Below are positions 8,528-20,287 of a stretch of DNA of 64,000 bases, one piece after another. A model generated the notes under the pieces. It saw nothing but the letters and a program-made list of their open reading frames with translations, searched no databases and was not told where the DNA came from. The stretch is from Anaerolineae bacterium (GTDB lineage: Bacteria > Chloroflexota > Anaerolineae > Aggregatilineales > J027). The position numbers were made by a program, and so were the translations under genes. The stretch covers positions 7,307-71,306 of the forward strand of contig DAOTVD010000427.1 of the NCBI GenBank assembly GCA_034437075.1, read 5' to 3'. Every line of letters begins with the position of its first letter. The first letter of the stretch is position 1.

Positions 8528-9739
8528 GTGAATAAACGTAGCATCATTCTGGTTGTGTTGGTATTTGCCCTGACCACAGTTGTGGCCTTAGTTGGGCCTG
8601 CTGGCGCTCAAGATACCCCTACTTTGTTGGTTTGGACTGACGAAGTCAGTGCGCCTATCCTCGAAGACATTGCTGCGCCTTTTGAAGAAGAGTATGGTGT
8701 CGATCTGCAAATTGTCGAGTTGGGCTTTGGGGATATTCGCCCGCAGTTTGTCTCTAGCGCGCCCACTGGCGAAGGCCCCGATATGTTCATCGGTGCGCAT
8801 GACTGGATCGGTGAATTGGTGGTCAACGGGTTGATTGCCCCGGTAAACCTGGGTGATCAGGCCGAAAACTTCGATCAGAATGCCCTGGATGCTTTCACCT
8901 TTGACGGTGAACTGTACGGTGTTCCCTATGCGATTGAAAATGTTGGCCTGTTCTATAACACCGAACTGGTCGAAACCCCGCCTGCAACCTGGCAAGAAGT
9001 CCGCGACGTGTCCCAGGAAATTATCGACAGTGGCGAAGCCGAATATGGTTTCATCATTGACCAGGGTAACGGCTTTATCTTCTACCCGATCCAAACCGCT
9101 TTCGGCGGGTACATTTTCGGTGAAGACGACGATGGTAACCTGAATCCCGAAGACATCGGCATTGACAGCGAAGGCTCGATTGAAGCCCTGGCTTGGTTAG
9201 AAGGCATGGTTGAAGATGGTTTGATCCCGGCTGGTCTGGGGGGTGGCGATGTCGATTCGCTGTTCATCAATGGCGAAGCCGCGATGATCATCACCGGCCC
9301 ATGGAACATCCCCACCTTCGTTCAAGAGGAAGTACCCTTCGCCATTGCGCCCATTCCGGGTGAAGTAGAAGGCGAACCTGGCGCGCCGTTCTTGGGTGTG
9401 CGTGGTTGGATGGTGAACCAGTTCAGCGAAAATGCGTTGCTGGCCCAAGCCTTCCTCACCGACTTTGTGGCGACCGAAGAATATCAGCAGGCCATCTATG
9501 AAGCCGAAGGCCGCCCGCCGGTGTTCAACTCCGTTTCCGAGATAGTCGAAGATGAATTCGTGCAGCAGATTCTGGTCGCAGGTCAAACAGGCCGCGCCAT
9601 GCCCGCTATCCCTGAAATGGGCGATGTGTGGGGCTTCTGGGGCGATGCCATCACCCTGACCATGCAAGGCGAACGCAGCGCGGAAGAAGCCTTCAGCGAA
9701 GCCGCTGACAGCATCCGTGCTTCGATCTCTGGCGAATAA
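8528..9739 (+). CDS. Sugar (maltose/maltodextrin-type) ABC transporter substrate-binding protein
   Basis: Signal peptide. A family-1 solute-binding pattern is present (LLVWTDE, GPDMFIGAHDW, YGVPYAIENVGLFYN, ITGPWN). MalF- and MalG-like permease genes follow. The protein is very acidic. Confidence 0.8.
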   Translation: MNKRSIILVVLVFALTTVVALVGPAGAQDTPTLLVWTDEVSAPILEDIAAPFEEEYGVDLQIVELGFGDIRPQFVSSAPTGEGPDMFIGAHDWIGELVVNGLIAPVNLGDQAENFDQNALDAFTFDGELYGVPYAIENVGLFYNTELVETPPATWQEVRDVSQEIIDSGEAEYGFIIDQGNGFIFYPIQTAFGGYIFGEDDDGNLNPEDIGIDSEGSIEALAWLEGMVEDGLIPAGLGGGDVDSLFINGEAAMIITGPWNIPTFVQEEVPFAIAPIPGEVEGEPGAPFLGVRGWMVNQFSENALLAQAFLTDFVATEEYQQAIYEAEGRPPVFNSVSEIVEDEFVQQILVAGQTGRAMPAIPEMGDVWGFWGDAITLTMQGERSAEEAFSEAADSIRASISGE

Positions 9740-9788
9740 GCGCTGATTACAGGCTAATGCTAGCCTGTCAACAATTCTGTAAATAGAG

Positions 9789-9830
9789 AACAGGGTCGAT
9801 GGGGCATAAGCCATCGGCTCTGTTTTTTTC
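9789..9830 (+). terminator. Rho-independent terminator or attenuator after the sugar-binding-protein gene
   Basis: AACAGGGTCGATGG-ggcataag-CCATCGGCTCTGTT forms a 14-bp stem with two G:U pairs, followed by TTTTTTT. A smaller hairpin, ACAGGCTA-atgc-TAGCCTGT, sits just upstream. Confidence 0.8.
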
Positions 9831-9860
9831 TACGGTTTCAAAACATAAACGAGGTGATTT

Positions 9861-11504
9861 ATGGCCCAACGTACTATACCCTCTAATCCGCCATCACCCA
9901 GTATGGCGAACCAAATAAGCAACTTTATAAATGGCCCGCTTTTTACGGTAGCCTTTCGCTTGATCGCGCTAGCCCTCATTGATGTTTTTGCCATTTGGTT
10001 TATTTTTGAACTCTTAGGCAACGATGCCTTTATCCTGGCGTTGTTCGTGGGGGTCGTCACGATCGGTATTAACGCTATATTCCTGATGCCAACCTTATAT
10101 GCGTATCGATGGTTTGCGCCGGGCTTAACCCTGATGATCATCGTCATCATCTATCCCACGATTTTTACTGTCTATGCCGCGTTTACCAACTATCGTACCG
10201 GAAACTTTCTGACCCAAGCCCAGGCTCAGCAAGTCTTTGAAGCGCGCACCTACTTGCCCGAAGACGCGCCCACATATAGTTGGACAGCCTTTCGGGCTAC
10301 CGATAATCCGGATAATTACGCCCTATGGCTTATCCCCGATAGTGATGATGCCGAGGCGCGCGACCCATTTCTAGCGCTCGAAAATTCGATTGTCCCCGGT
10401 GATGAAGTTGATCTGGGCGATAATACGCTTGATGAAGATGGCGTCCCAACGGGCATTGTTGGCTACGAACGCTTATCACGCGGCCAAGCCATCCCCATTT
10501 TGGATTCTGTCCTGAATCAGATCGAATTTGGTGATCCTGAGAACGTCGTCAAGCTCAGCCCCACCCGGCCCCTTGATCAAGCCGGGATTTTCCGGGATCG
10601 GTATATCTTTAACGATGACGGCACATTGATAGATAATGCGACTGGCGTGGTCTACACCGCCGAAACCGGGACGTTCACCAGCCGCGAAGGCGAAGAACTG
10701 CGCCCTGGCTACTATGTGTACGTGGGCGCGGAAAACTTCGAGCGCTTGCTGACATCCGAGCGAATTCGGGGCCCATTCGCCCAGGTCTTTTTGTGGACAA
10801 TTACCTTTGCCTTTCTCAGCGTACTGTTGACCTTCTGGTTCGGGTTGTTCCTGGCCGTGGTGCTAAATGCGGACTTTATGCCCGGGCGGGCTGTCTGGCG
10901 GACTTTGCTGCTGGTGCCGTATGCCATCCCCGCCTTTGTGACCGTGCTCATCTGGAAAGGGTTGCTCAATGAGCAGTTAGGCGTCGTGAATGATGTCATG
11001 CGCGATGTATTTGCTTGGGCGCCGCCCTGGTTCTCGGACCCCACCTGGGCCAAAATTGGTATTATGGTCATTCAGCTATGGCTAGGTTTTCCCTACATGA
11101 TGCTAATCTGTAGTGGGGCCCTGCAATCTATCCCGCGTGATATTTATGCCGCAGCCGAAGTGGATGGCGCAAGCGTCTTTCAGAAATTCCGTTTTCTGAC
11201 GCTGCCCTTGTTGCTGGTCGCCGTTGGCCCCTTGTTGATTGCCTCGTTCGCGTTTAACTTCAATAACTTTACAATCATCGAACTGTATAATCGGGGCGAG
11301 CCCGTAATTAACCTGGATACACCTGCTGGGCATACCGACATCCTCATCACCTACATGTACGATATCGCCTTCGGTGGGGGGGGTAACCAAGACTACGCGC
11401 TGGCTTCCGCTGTGACCCTTGTCATCTTTTTGATGGTCGCCATCATCACGATTTTCAATTTCCGCTTTACGCGCGGCTGGGAGGAGATTTCAGAAAATGT
11501 TTAG
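9861..11504 (+). CDS. Sugar ABC transporter permease, MalF-like, with a large periplasmic loop
   Basis: The EAA-type loop AAEVDGASVFQKFRFLTLPLL is present. A long hydrophilic insertion between early TMs resembles that of MalF. Confidence 0.85.
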   Translation: MAQRTIPSNPPSPSMANQISNFINGPLFTVAFRLIALALIDVFAIWFIFELLGNDAFILALFVGVVTIGINAIFLMPTLYAYRWFAPGLTLMIIVIIYPTIFTVYAAFTNYRTGNFLTQAQAQQVFEARTYLPEDAPTYSWTAFRATDNPDNYALWLIPDSDDAEARDPFLALENSIVPGDEVDLGDNTLDEDGVPTGIVGYERLSRGQAIPILDSVLNQIEFGDPENVVKLSPTRPLDQAGIFRDRYIFNDDGTLIDNATGVVYTAETGTFTSREGEELRPGYYVYVGAENFERLLTSERIRGPFAQVFLWTITFAFLSVLLTFWFGLFLAVVLNADFMPGRAVWRTLLLVPYAIPAFVTVLIWKGLLNEQLGVVNDVMRDVFAWAPPWFSDPTWAKIGIMVIQLWLGFPYMMLICSGALQSIPRDIYAAAEVDGASVFQKFRFLTLPLLLVAVGPLLIASFAFNFNNFTIIELYNRGEPVINLDTPAGHTDILITYMYDIAFGGGGNQDYALASAVTLVIFLMVAIITIFNFRFTRGWEEISENV

Positions 11505-12387
11505 CGCACTCATGACCGTTTTGTCTGAACCACACCGGCGCCAACAAGCCATTGAATATGTCGTGCGGATGACTATCCTGGGGTTGGTGCTGATATTCTG
11601 CTTTTTGCCGATTGTGTGGGTGTTTTCCGCATCCATCAACGAAACAGGCACATTGAACACCCAACAACTCATCCCTAACAATGTAGGGCTAGCCAACTAC
11701 GAAGCTTTGTTGGATAGCGATATACACCCTTTTGATTTATGGCTGCGTAACTCGATCATCGCCGCCACCATAACGTCGCTTCTCTCCGTGCTCATCAGTG
11801 CGATGGGCGCTTATGCCTTCTCGCGCTTTCGGTTCCGGGGGCGCCGCAACCTGATGTTGTTGGTCTTTCTGGTGCAAGTTTTCCCCAGTTCGTTGACCAT
11901 CGTCGCGACGTTTTTGCTGATCCAAGAAATTGGTACGCATATCCCATCTTTCGACCTGAACACCTACGGGGGCTTGATTCTGGTCTATCTGGGCGGGGCC
12001 TTGGGCATCAATACCTGGCTTATGAAAGGCTTTCTGGACTCCGTCCCGCGCGATCTGGATGAATCAGCGCGCATTGACGGTGCCTCCGATTGGCTAATCT
12101 TCTGGCGCATTATCTTTCCGCTTATTCGTCCGGTTTTGGCCGTCGTCGGCATTCTGACCTTTATCGGGGTCTATGGCGATGTGATCATTTCACTCACGCT
12201 ATTGAAAGATAACAACATGCAAACGCTGGCTATCGGCCTGAATAACCTAGTGAGTTCGGACTTTGACCAGGAATGGGGCGTGTTCTCGGCGGGAGCTTTG
12301 CTGGGGGCGATTCCCATCGTAATTGTCGTTCTGACCTTCCAACGCTTCTTGGTCAGTGGATTGACTGAAGGTGCCGTAAAAGGCTAA
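11497..12387 (+). CDS. Sugar ABC transporter permease, MalG-like
   Basis: SARIDGASDWLIFWRIIFPLIRP EAA loop. The start overlaps the upstream permease by 8 nt. Confidence 0.85.
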   Translation: MFSALMTVLSEPHRRQQAIEYVVRMTILGLVLIFCFLPIVWVFSASINETGTLNTQQLIPNNVGLANYEALLDSDIHPFDLWLRNSIIAATITSLLSVLISAMGAYAFSRFRFRGRRNLMLLVFLVQVFPSSLTIVATFLLIQEIGTHIPSFDLNTYGGLILVYLGGALGINTWLMKGFLDSVPRDLDESARIDGASDWLIFWRIIFPLIRPVLAVVGILTFIGVYGDVIISLTLLKDNNMQTLAIGLNNLVSSDFDQEWGVFSAGALLGAIPIVIVVLTFQRFLVSGLTEGAVKG

Positions 12388-12659
12388 TGCGGCGTTTGGT
12401 TTCCGAGAAGTTTTGGCTGTGCTTCGACCGCGCCACATAGGGCGCTTAGCTGAGCACAGCCCATTCTGGGCCGTATTTATCAAAGTGCGCCGTAAAGCCC
12501 CTCGCTTTATCTATGGGGATATAAGGCGCACTTTGGTAAGAGGCGTGCGTTATTGTGTCACCAATGACTAATCTGCATGGCGGGCTTAACTTGACAAGCG
12601 CTGATGAGTGTTCGTCTATTGTTGTAGATGAGACTTCCTCACGTCAACCATGGACTCCT

Positions 12660-12678
12660 CCGGTATACTGTATACCGG
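12660..12678. promoter_or_regulatory. Perfect 19-bp palindrome CCGGTATAC-t-GTATACCGG upstream of rmd
   Basis: Read directly from the sequence. It ends 28 nt before the ATG at 12707. A TTGACA hexamer lies at 12590-12595. Confidence 0.5.
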
Positions 12679-12706
12679 ATTATGAACCGCTGAAGGGCAA
12701 TTTGAA

Positions 12707-14651
<1,945 letters not shown>

Positions 14652-14665
<14 letters not shown>

Positions 14666-15776
14666 TCTGCTGCTGCTGCATCATCGCAAAACGTAAACCA
14701 CCCACGGCATTCATATCAACCGGGTGCACTTTTTTGGTCATAGCATGCTTTTTGGGGTTCAAGATTTTGCCGCCCTTGTTCGGGTTTCTGGGGTCGAAGG
14801 TGCCATAAATATCCAAGAGTTTATCTTGCACCAGCACGGCCCCACCCCCCACCAGAATGACGAGCTTAATCCCGCGAAAGCCGTTAAAGACACCATCACA
14901 AATATTGTTGGCGATCCAATCCGCGTAACGCTCGCGATGATTATCAATCGCCGATTCTAAATTGACTTCCATACCCGCCACGCGCAAATTATAGTCACCC
15001 TCGTTGGAACCCCGGCGCAAGATGGTATCCATGTCATCAACAGTCAAGACCTTGAAGTCATCGTGACGTTTATGCAACATGCGCAAAAGCGGCTCGCGCA
15101 TATGCGTGTTGACGCCTGCTTGCTCCCAAGTCGCGGTTTCTAAGCTTTCTGGGTTGAACGTCCCATCCGTGACCTTGAGGGCATCCAGCGTAAATGCGCC
15201 CACATCCAAGATAACCACTTCACCCGCCAGCAAATCCGTATCGACGAGCTTGCCTTGGTCATCCACCACAAAACAAATCGCCGCGCCTAAGCCTTCGGGC
15301 CAAACGGTAATGCGCTCGTAATGCCATTCACGCGGTTTACGATCACCTTTAAGCTGAATTTCGACACGGCCATTATCTTCCATAAATCGCTGTTCGATCT
15401 GTTCTTTGGCCGTTACGAACAAGCCAGGTGGGGCAAAGAGGGTCAGATCGACGCTACCTTTTTTGACCCCGAGATTAGCAATCGCATTTGCGACCAAAAA
15501 TTGGTGAAACTCATCCCCATAGCGATTAGCGCCCATATGGTGTTCTAAGCCGCGCCGGGTCACACGAATGACATCATCACCTGTGATGTAACGATTGCCG
15601 TACCAATCGACGTATTTGTATTGCATTTCGAAATCTTCGCCCAGCCCCAGGCTATCCCCTGTCGCTATGGCGCGCACAGACGGTTCGTAATAACGTTTAT
15701 ATCCGCCGTTGTTCTTAGCCATGACAACATTCGTGCCTGCGTTACCGGCATCTGCTGAGACAATGTAGTCTGCCAT
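14652..15776 (-). CDS. ParM/StbA-type actin-like ATPase
   Basis: Actin-fold motifs are present: phosphate-1 SADAGNAGTN, connect PEGLGA, phosphate-2 ILDVGAFTLD and adenosine LVGGGA. The 374-aa length is typical of ParM/Alp proteins. Confidence 0.7.
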
Positions 15777-15979
15777 CCGATATGTTCCTTTACATCATCA
15801 TGTTTGCCTGACGAAAAGCGATGTCCCGATGGGTTGTTGACCCACAAGCTTATTCCGGAGCGGTGCCGTGTTGGCTAAAAGTGTATCACATCCCCCCGCC
15901 AAACTGAAATATTGCGCCGCGTCAGTCATCAGAGTAGGCTTTTAGCATAGGTGCTTTTCAGGATGAGAAAGGACATCTC

Positions 15980-16960
15980 TTGCAAAAACGTGAACGCCTC
16001 AAAAAAACCTTGGCTGGCGAGGCGGTAGACCGTCCGCCCGTCGCGTTGTGGCGCCATTGGCCTGGGGACGATCAAAACCCGGCAGACCTGGCAGCCGCGA
16101 CCCTACATTTTCAAGAACAATGGGATTGGGATTTTATCAAAGCTTCGCCCGCGAGTAGCTATAGTGTGCGCGGCTATGGCGTGGAAGATATTTGGGTGGG
16201 CGATATTGAAGGCACGCGCGATTATGTGCGATATGTTATCCACGAGCCCGCCGATTGGCATCATTTAGCCCAGCTTGACCCTACCACGGGCGCATTAGGC
16301 CACTATCGTGACGCCTTGCGCCTTATTCGCCAGGGCGCAGGCGAGGATGTCCCAATTTTAGCGACCATTTTTAGCCCGCTCGCCCAAGCTAAAAATATCA
16401 TCGGGCGGGACGAACTGGTGCGCCATGTCCATCAGTATCCCCAGGCGGTGCATGCGGGGCTAAAAATCATCACCGACAATACCCGCGCTTATCTGGCCGC
16501 CCTGCAAGATGTCGCGCTGGATGGCATTTTCTACGCGGTACAACATGCCACGTATACCCTTTTCAGCGAGACCACCTATCGAGAATTTGGCTTGGCTTAC
16601 GATTTGCAACTTTTGGAGGCTCTGCCCGAGAGTTGGTGGTTTAACATGCTACACCTACACGGACAAGCCCCCATGTTTAAGCTAGCAGCGGAATATCCAG
16701 TACAGGCGATCAACTGGCATGACCGCGAAACATCCCCCGATTTACGCACGGCTGCCGATCAATTTACCGGCGCGTTATGCGGGGGTCTGGGGCATTTCGA
16801 GGCCGTGCATAATGGCACGCCCGATGAAGTCACGCATCAGGCCCAGGATGCCATCCGGCAAATGGATGGTCGGCGCTTTATCCTTTCGACGGGATGCGTG
16901 ATGATGACCACCACACCCCAGGCCAATATTCGCGCTGTTCGGCAAGCTGTCGAGCCCTAA
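15980..16960 (+). CDS. Uroporphyrinogen-decarboxylase-family (URO-D / MtaA-CmuA-like) protein
   Basis: The N-terminus RERLKKTLAGEAVDRPPVALWRHWPGDD and overall length fit the URO-D superfamily. TTG start. The specific substrate is unknown. Confidence 0.6.
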   Translation: MQKRERLKKTLAGEAVDRPPVALWRHWPGDDQNPADLAAATLHFQEQWDWDFIKASPASSYSVRGYGVEDIWVGDIEGTRDYVRYVIHEPADWHHLAQLDPTTGALGHYRDALRLIRQGAGEDVPILATIFSPLAQAKNIIGRDELVRHVHQYPQAVHAGLKIITDNTRAYLAALQDVALDGIFYAVQHATYTLFSETTYREFGLAYDLQLLEALPESWWFNMLHLHGQAPMFKLAAEYPVQAINWHDRETSPDLRTAADQFTGALCGGLGHFEAVHNGTPDEVTHQAQDAIRQMDGRRFILSTGCVMMTTTPQANIRAVRQAVEP

Positions 16961-16969
16961 TGCCGCCAA

Positions 16970-19900
16970 CTAAATATCTTGGTCGCCAGCTGAACTGGCG
17001 TCGTCTGGGTCAAAATCGTCTTCATCATCGCGCAAATGATTTTTCAGCGCTTGATGGGTCTTTTTGATCGCTTCTCGCACAATGAGCGAATCTGGATTAA
17101 TGGCCAGCGCTCTTTCATAGTAATCTAGAGCTTGCCATAATTGGTTGTTCAAACGCGCGCTGTGTCCGGCATTGACCAGAATTTCATAGCAACGGATCTC
17201 GTAAACATGTTGGAGATTGACGATCCAATCACTATAGAAATCTTTCAAAAAACGGTCTTTATATAATGCGGCGGCACGTTCGCCCTGCTCCTGGGGCTGA
17301 AAATGCTGTAAAGGTAATACTTGCATTTCTTGGTAGTAAAGATCAAATAGCTGGGTATCGGCCTCAATATCAACGGCTTCGTTGATTTGGTAGTAGCCAT
17401 CCTCATGAATGATCGTTTTATGGCCAACAGCACGGCGCGCCCGCGCTATTGTGGTGCTCAAATTATCCCTGGCATGTTTAGGGCTGGTGTAATCCGGCCA
17501 GAAAAGATGAATAAGGTCATCTTTACTTTGGGGGCCTTTGTAGTACAGACAGAAAAAGATCTCCCGCGCCTGGTTCGACTCCCATTTTTCGATAAGTATC
17601 CCATCCCGATAGACGATCCCCTCCCCGAAAGCCTCAATACGGATACGCACCGGAAGGTCTATCTCGGGTAAGATTTCAGGTGAAATACAGCTTAGAGGCA
17701 AATTGGCCTGGCTTAGACCTCGCAGCTTTTCTTCCATACGATGGTCTGCCCAAAACAGCTTCTCACGCAACATGGCGTTAAGTTCGGGAACATTCAGCAT
17801 TTCGGCCAACAGGGGCTGTAGATGTTTATCGATAATTTGGGATTCAACTGACGACAACATCTTTACGAAGTGGCGTAGATGGTTTTGGTCTTGGCGACGT
17901 GCGGCGCTGCTTAAACCAAGCGTTATCATCTGCATCCATTCTGGATATTGTTTTTCGTTTAGAAAATGTGCCATACACGTTTGTAAGACACCATCAGCTT
18001 GCTCGTCCCAATGTTCATCGAGTTCGCAGGCCGCCCAAACCCCCCATGCTAAACAGTTCTCTGATACATCCTCTGCCCAAGCCAACTGATCGGTTAGCAA
18101 CATTCTCGCGAATTGATAATCTTTTTTCCAACGCGCCAGCCAGGCGTAATTAACCTGAGACATATGCAGAAGCGTTTCTTCGGAATTTGGGTCGTCCTGG
18201 TCGTCCTGTTGCGCTTCGGCACAGTAAAGCGCCTGTTCATAATGCTTCTTGGCGGCTTCCCAATGCCCACAGTCGCGCAACAAATCACCCATTGTCCAAT
18301 GCAAATACCCTTCGGCGCGGCTGTGTTTATGTTTTTGGGCTAAGTCTAGCCCCTCACTGGCCAGGTTATAAGCCGATATATACCGATAATGCATATGGTA
18401 GTGATAGGCCAGATTATTTAACAAAAGCGCAAACGCGGATGTATCACGATCTTTGCCCCGTAATCCCCGGGCCTTTTGCAAGCAGGCCTCTGCTTTTTCA
18501 AGATCATCTATTTTCTGATAAATCACCATCAGATCGAGTAACAAGACAGAGAGTGCATATGGGTCTCCGTGAGCTTCGTATGCTTCGAGCGCTTGCTCCA
18601 AGTTGGACTGGGCTTTTTCAAGCTCCCCAAGCCTTAAATAAGACCGGCCAATAATCCGTAGTGCTTTGCCGTATGTATTATTTTTTTGCTCCGTTTCGGG
18701 TAAGCACCGCTGGGCGATTTCTAAACTGGTCTGCACATCGTTCGTCTGTAATGCAATCATGGCAAAATGTAAATCTACCCGCATCACGCCCAGCTCATTC
18801 TGGCGGGCCGCATACCCCTTTTTTGCGGCATCTAGGCTCTGGCGGGCATTGTCATAATCCAGCCTATCAATGTATATCGCGCCACATAACCGCTGTAACT
18901 CGGGCACATTTTCAGCATACGGCTGTAAGAGCTCTTGCCAACGCAGCAGAATTTCCGTATCGCCTCGGTTGTAGTACATCACAACGGCATTCTCGACCAG
19001 ATTAAACGCTTCTTCTAGGTGCTGCCCTTGTACGTAATGAAAAAGTGCCCGGTCTAAATTTCCGCGTTCGTCATACCAGATGGCCGCGCGTTGATGAACC
19101 TCCTTAAAGATTTGGGAATGCTCGGTGTGTAGCTTTTTGTATAGAAAACGGCGCAAACGCCTAGGGATTATAAAACCGGCCTTGGCTCGCTTAAGAAAAC
19201 CCTGCGTTGAAAAAGAAGCCCACATATCTTGATCTTGGGGCGAAAGTCCCATGATATGTGCCCATATTTCGGGCGAAATCTCCTGCAAGATGGACGCGCG
19301 CAATAAATAGGTTTGTGTGGTGTATGGCATCGCCTTGAGCAAACAATCAGCTAGGCGGTTAAAGGCCTGTTCAATGTCGATTGAACCAGCTAGGGCGGCT
19401 TTGATGGCCGTGCTATCCCGCACAGATAATGCTAAGTGAATGCCTAACGGCCACCCATCCAAGCGTTCGTACAGCCAATCAATAAAGGTGGCCGTGTGGT
19501 CATTGGCTTGCATGGCGTCCGCCAGAGCATGCACTTCCGACAATGTGAATTTTATATCCTCTGACCCAAAGCCGATGACCTTACCCTGGGCAGCCAGATG
19601 ATCATAAGGGATAAAATCCAGGGTCGTTTGGCTGATCAACACAAGATGCAGATTACAAGGTCGATTATTGATGAAAGTTTCGAAGCGCTCAATCGCTTCG
19701 GGAAAGGCATACAATAAATGGACATCATCAATAAACAGGGTCACATGGGGGAGGGGGTCAAAACATTCTGGTAAATCTTCAATTTTGTAGGCGCCCGATT
19801 TCGAAGTGGCTGTGGCAATACAATAGTCACGCAAAGCTGTCATGATTTCTAAATCAAAGATATTGGCATCGCGCGTCTGCGCAGAAAGTTGAACCCATAC

Positions 19901-20056
19901 GACCGGGGTTTGAAGTTGTGCAGCCCATTGTTCGCAAAGGATCGTTTTGCCATAGCCCGAAGGTGCCCTAATGAGCGTGACGGGCATCTGCTGGGACTTG
20001 GTGAGTCTGTCGAGTTGCTCTTTACGAATAAGGTACTGGGTTTGAGCAGCCATCAT
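16970..20056 (-). CDS. Large transcriptional regulator: N-terminal P-loop ATPase, central TPR region, C-terminal SARP-type winged helix plus BTAD domain
   Basis: P-loop APSGYGKT. Many TPR-like repeats follow. The C-terminus has IRIEAFGEGIVYRDG...AREIFFCLYYKG..SKDDLIHLFWPD....ARDNLSTTIARARRAVG (OmpR/SARP winged helix) followed by BTAD-like YKDRFLKDFYSDW...ALDYYERALAINP. Confidence 0.8.
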   Translation of the reverse strand: MMAAQTQYLIRKEQLDRLTKSQQMPVTLIRAPSGYGKTILCEQWAAQLQTPVVWVQLSAQTRDANIFDLEIMTALRDYCIATATSKSGAYKIEDLPECFDPLPHVTLFIDDVHLLYAFPEAIERFETFINNRPCNLHLVLISQTTLDFIPYDHLAAQGKVIGFGSEDIKFTLSEVHALADAMQANDHTATFIDWLYERLDGWPLGIHLALSVRDSTAIKAALAGSIDIEQAFNRLADCLLKAMPYTTQTYLLRASILQEISPEIWAHIMGLSPQDQDMWASFSTQGFLKRAKAGFIIPRRLRRFLYKKLHTEHSQIFKEVHQRAAIWYDERGNLDRALFHYVQGQHLEEAFNLVENAVVMYYNRGDTEILLRWQELLQPYAENVPELQRLCGAIYIDRLDYDNARQSLDAAKKGYAARQNELGVMRVDLHFAMIALQTNDVQTSLEIAQRCLPETEQKNNTYGKALRIIGRSYLRLGELEKAQSNLEQALEAYEAHGDPYALSVLLLDLMVIYQKIDDLEKAEACLQKARGLRGKDRDTSAFALLLNNLAYHYHMHYRYISAYNLASEGLDLAQKHKHSRAEGYLHWTMGDLLRDCGHWEAAKKHYEQALYCAEAQQDDQDDPNSEETLLHMSQVNYAWLARWKKDYQFARMLLTDQLAWAEDVSENCLAWGVWAACELDEHWDEQADGVLQTCMAHFLNEKQYPEWMQMITLGLSSAARRQDQNHLRHFVKMLSSVESQIIDKHLQPLLAEMLNVPELNAMLREKLFWADHRMEEKLRGLSQANLPLSCISPEILPEIDLPVRIRIEAFGEGIVYRDGILIEKWESNQAREIFFCLYYKGPQSKDDLIHLFWPDYTSPKHARDNLSTTIARARRAVGHKTIIHEDGYYQINEAVDIEADTQLFDLYYQEMQVLPLQHFQPQEQGERAAALYKDRFLKDFYSDWIVNLQHVYEIRCYEILVNAGHSARLNNQLWQALDYYERALAINPDSLIVREAIKKTHQALKNHLRDDEDDFDPDDASSAGDQDI

Positions 20057-20136
20057 GCTTTTTTAACCTCCAATGAGCGCAGATAATTAAAGAGATATAC
20101 CGTTTTTTTTAGCCTAACTCAACAGAAATGAGACTT

Positions 20137-20175
20137 AGACACAAAACCTGACACAAAATGGACACAAAATGGACA
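20137..20175 (-). promoter_or_regulatory. Four tandem direct repeats, about 11 bp each (gene-sense ATTTTGTGTCC), upstream of the regulator gene
   Basis: On the plus strand, aGACAcaaaacc tGACAcaaaat gGACAcaaaat gGACAgc gives nGACA at 20137, 20149, 20160 and 20171. The array lies 81-119 nt upstream of the ATG at 20056. Confidence 0.6.
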
Positions 20176-20226
20176 GCAGAACTTATCCACAAATACCCGA
20201 GCACTGCATCAGATCAAGAGGCAACA

Positions 20227-20253
20227 TCAAAAAACGAGCCTGCGGGGCTCGTT
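20227..20253 (-). terminator. Rho-independent terminator after the amino-acid ABC ATPase gene
   Basis: The minus strand reads AACGAGCC-ccgca-GGCTCGTT followed by TTTTTTGA. It lies 35 nt downstream of the stop at 20288. Confidence 0.75.
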
Positions 20254-20287
20254 TCTAGCGCGTTGTGATGATCGTCGTTTCGGGCGA

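Noticed and set aside
17572-17582. A tRNA T-loop-like string, GGTTCGACTCC.
   Set aside because: It lies inside the regulator CDS in a region with good protein motifs. The flanking sequence cannot form a T-stem, acceptor stem or anticodon arm.
20183-20191. A perfect DnaA-box consensus, TTATCCACA, next to the 11-bp repeats.
   Set aside because: I saw only this single copy in the window. There is no cluster of boxes, no AT-rich unwinding element and no dnaA or dnaN nearby, so it does not support an origin.
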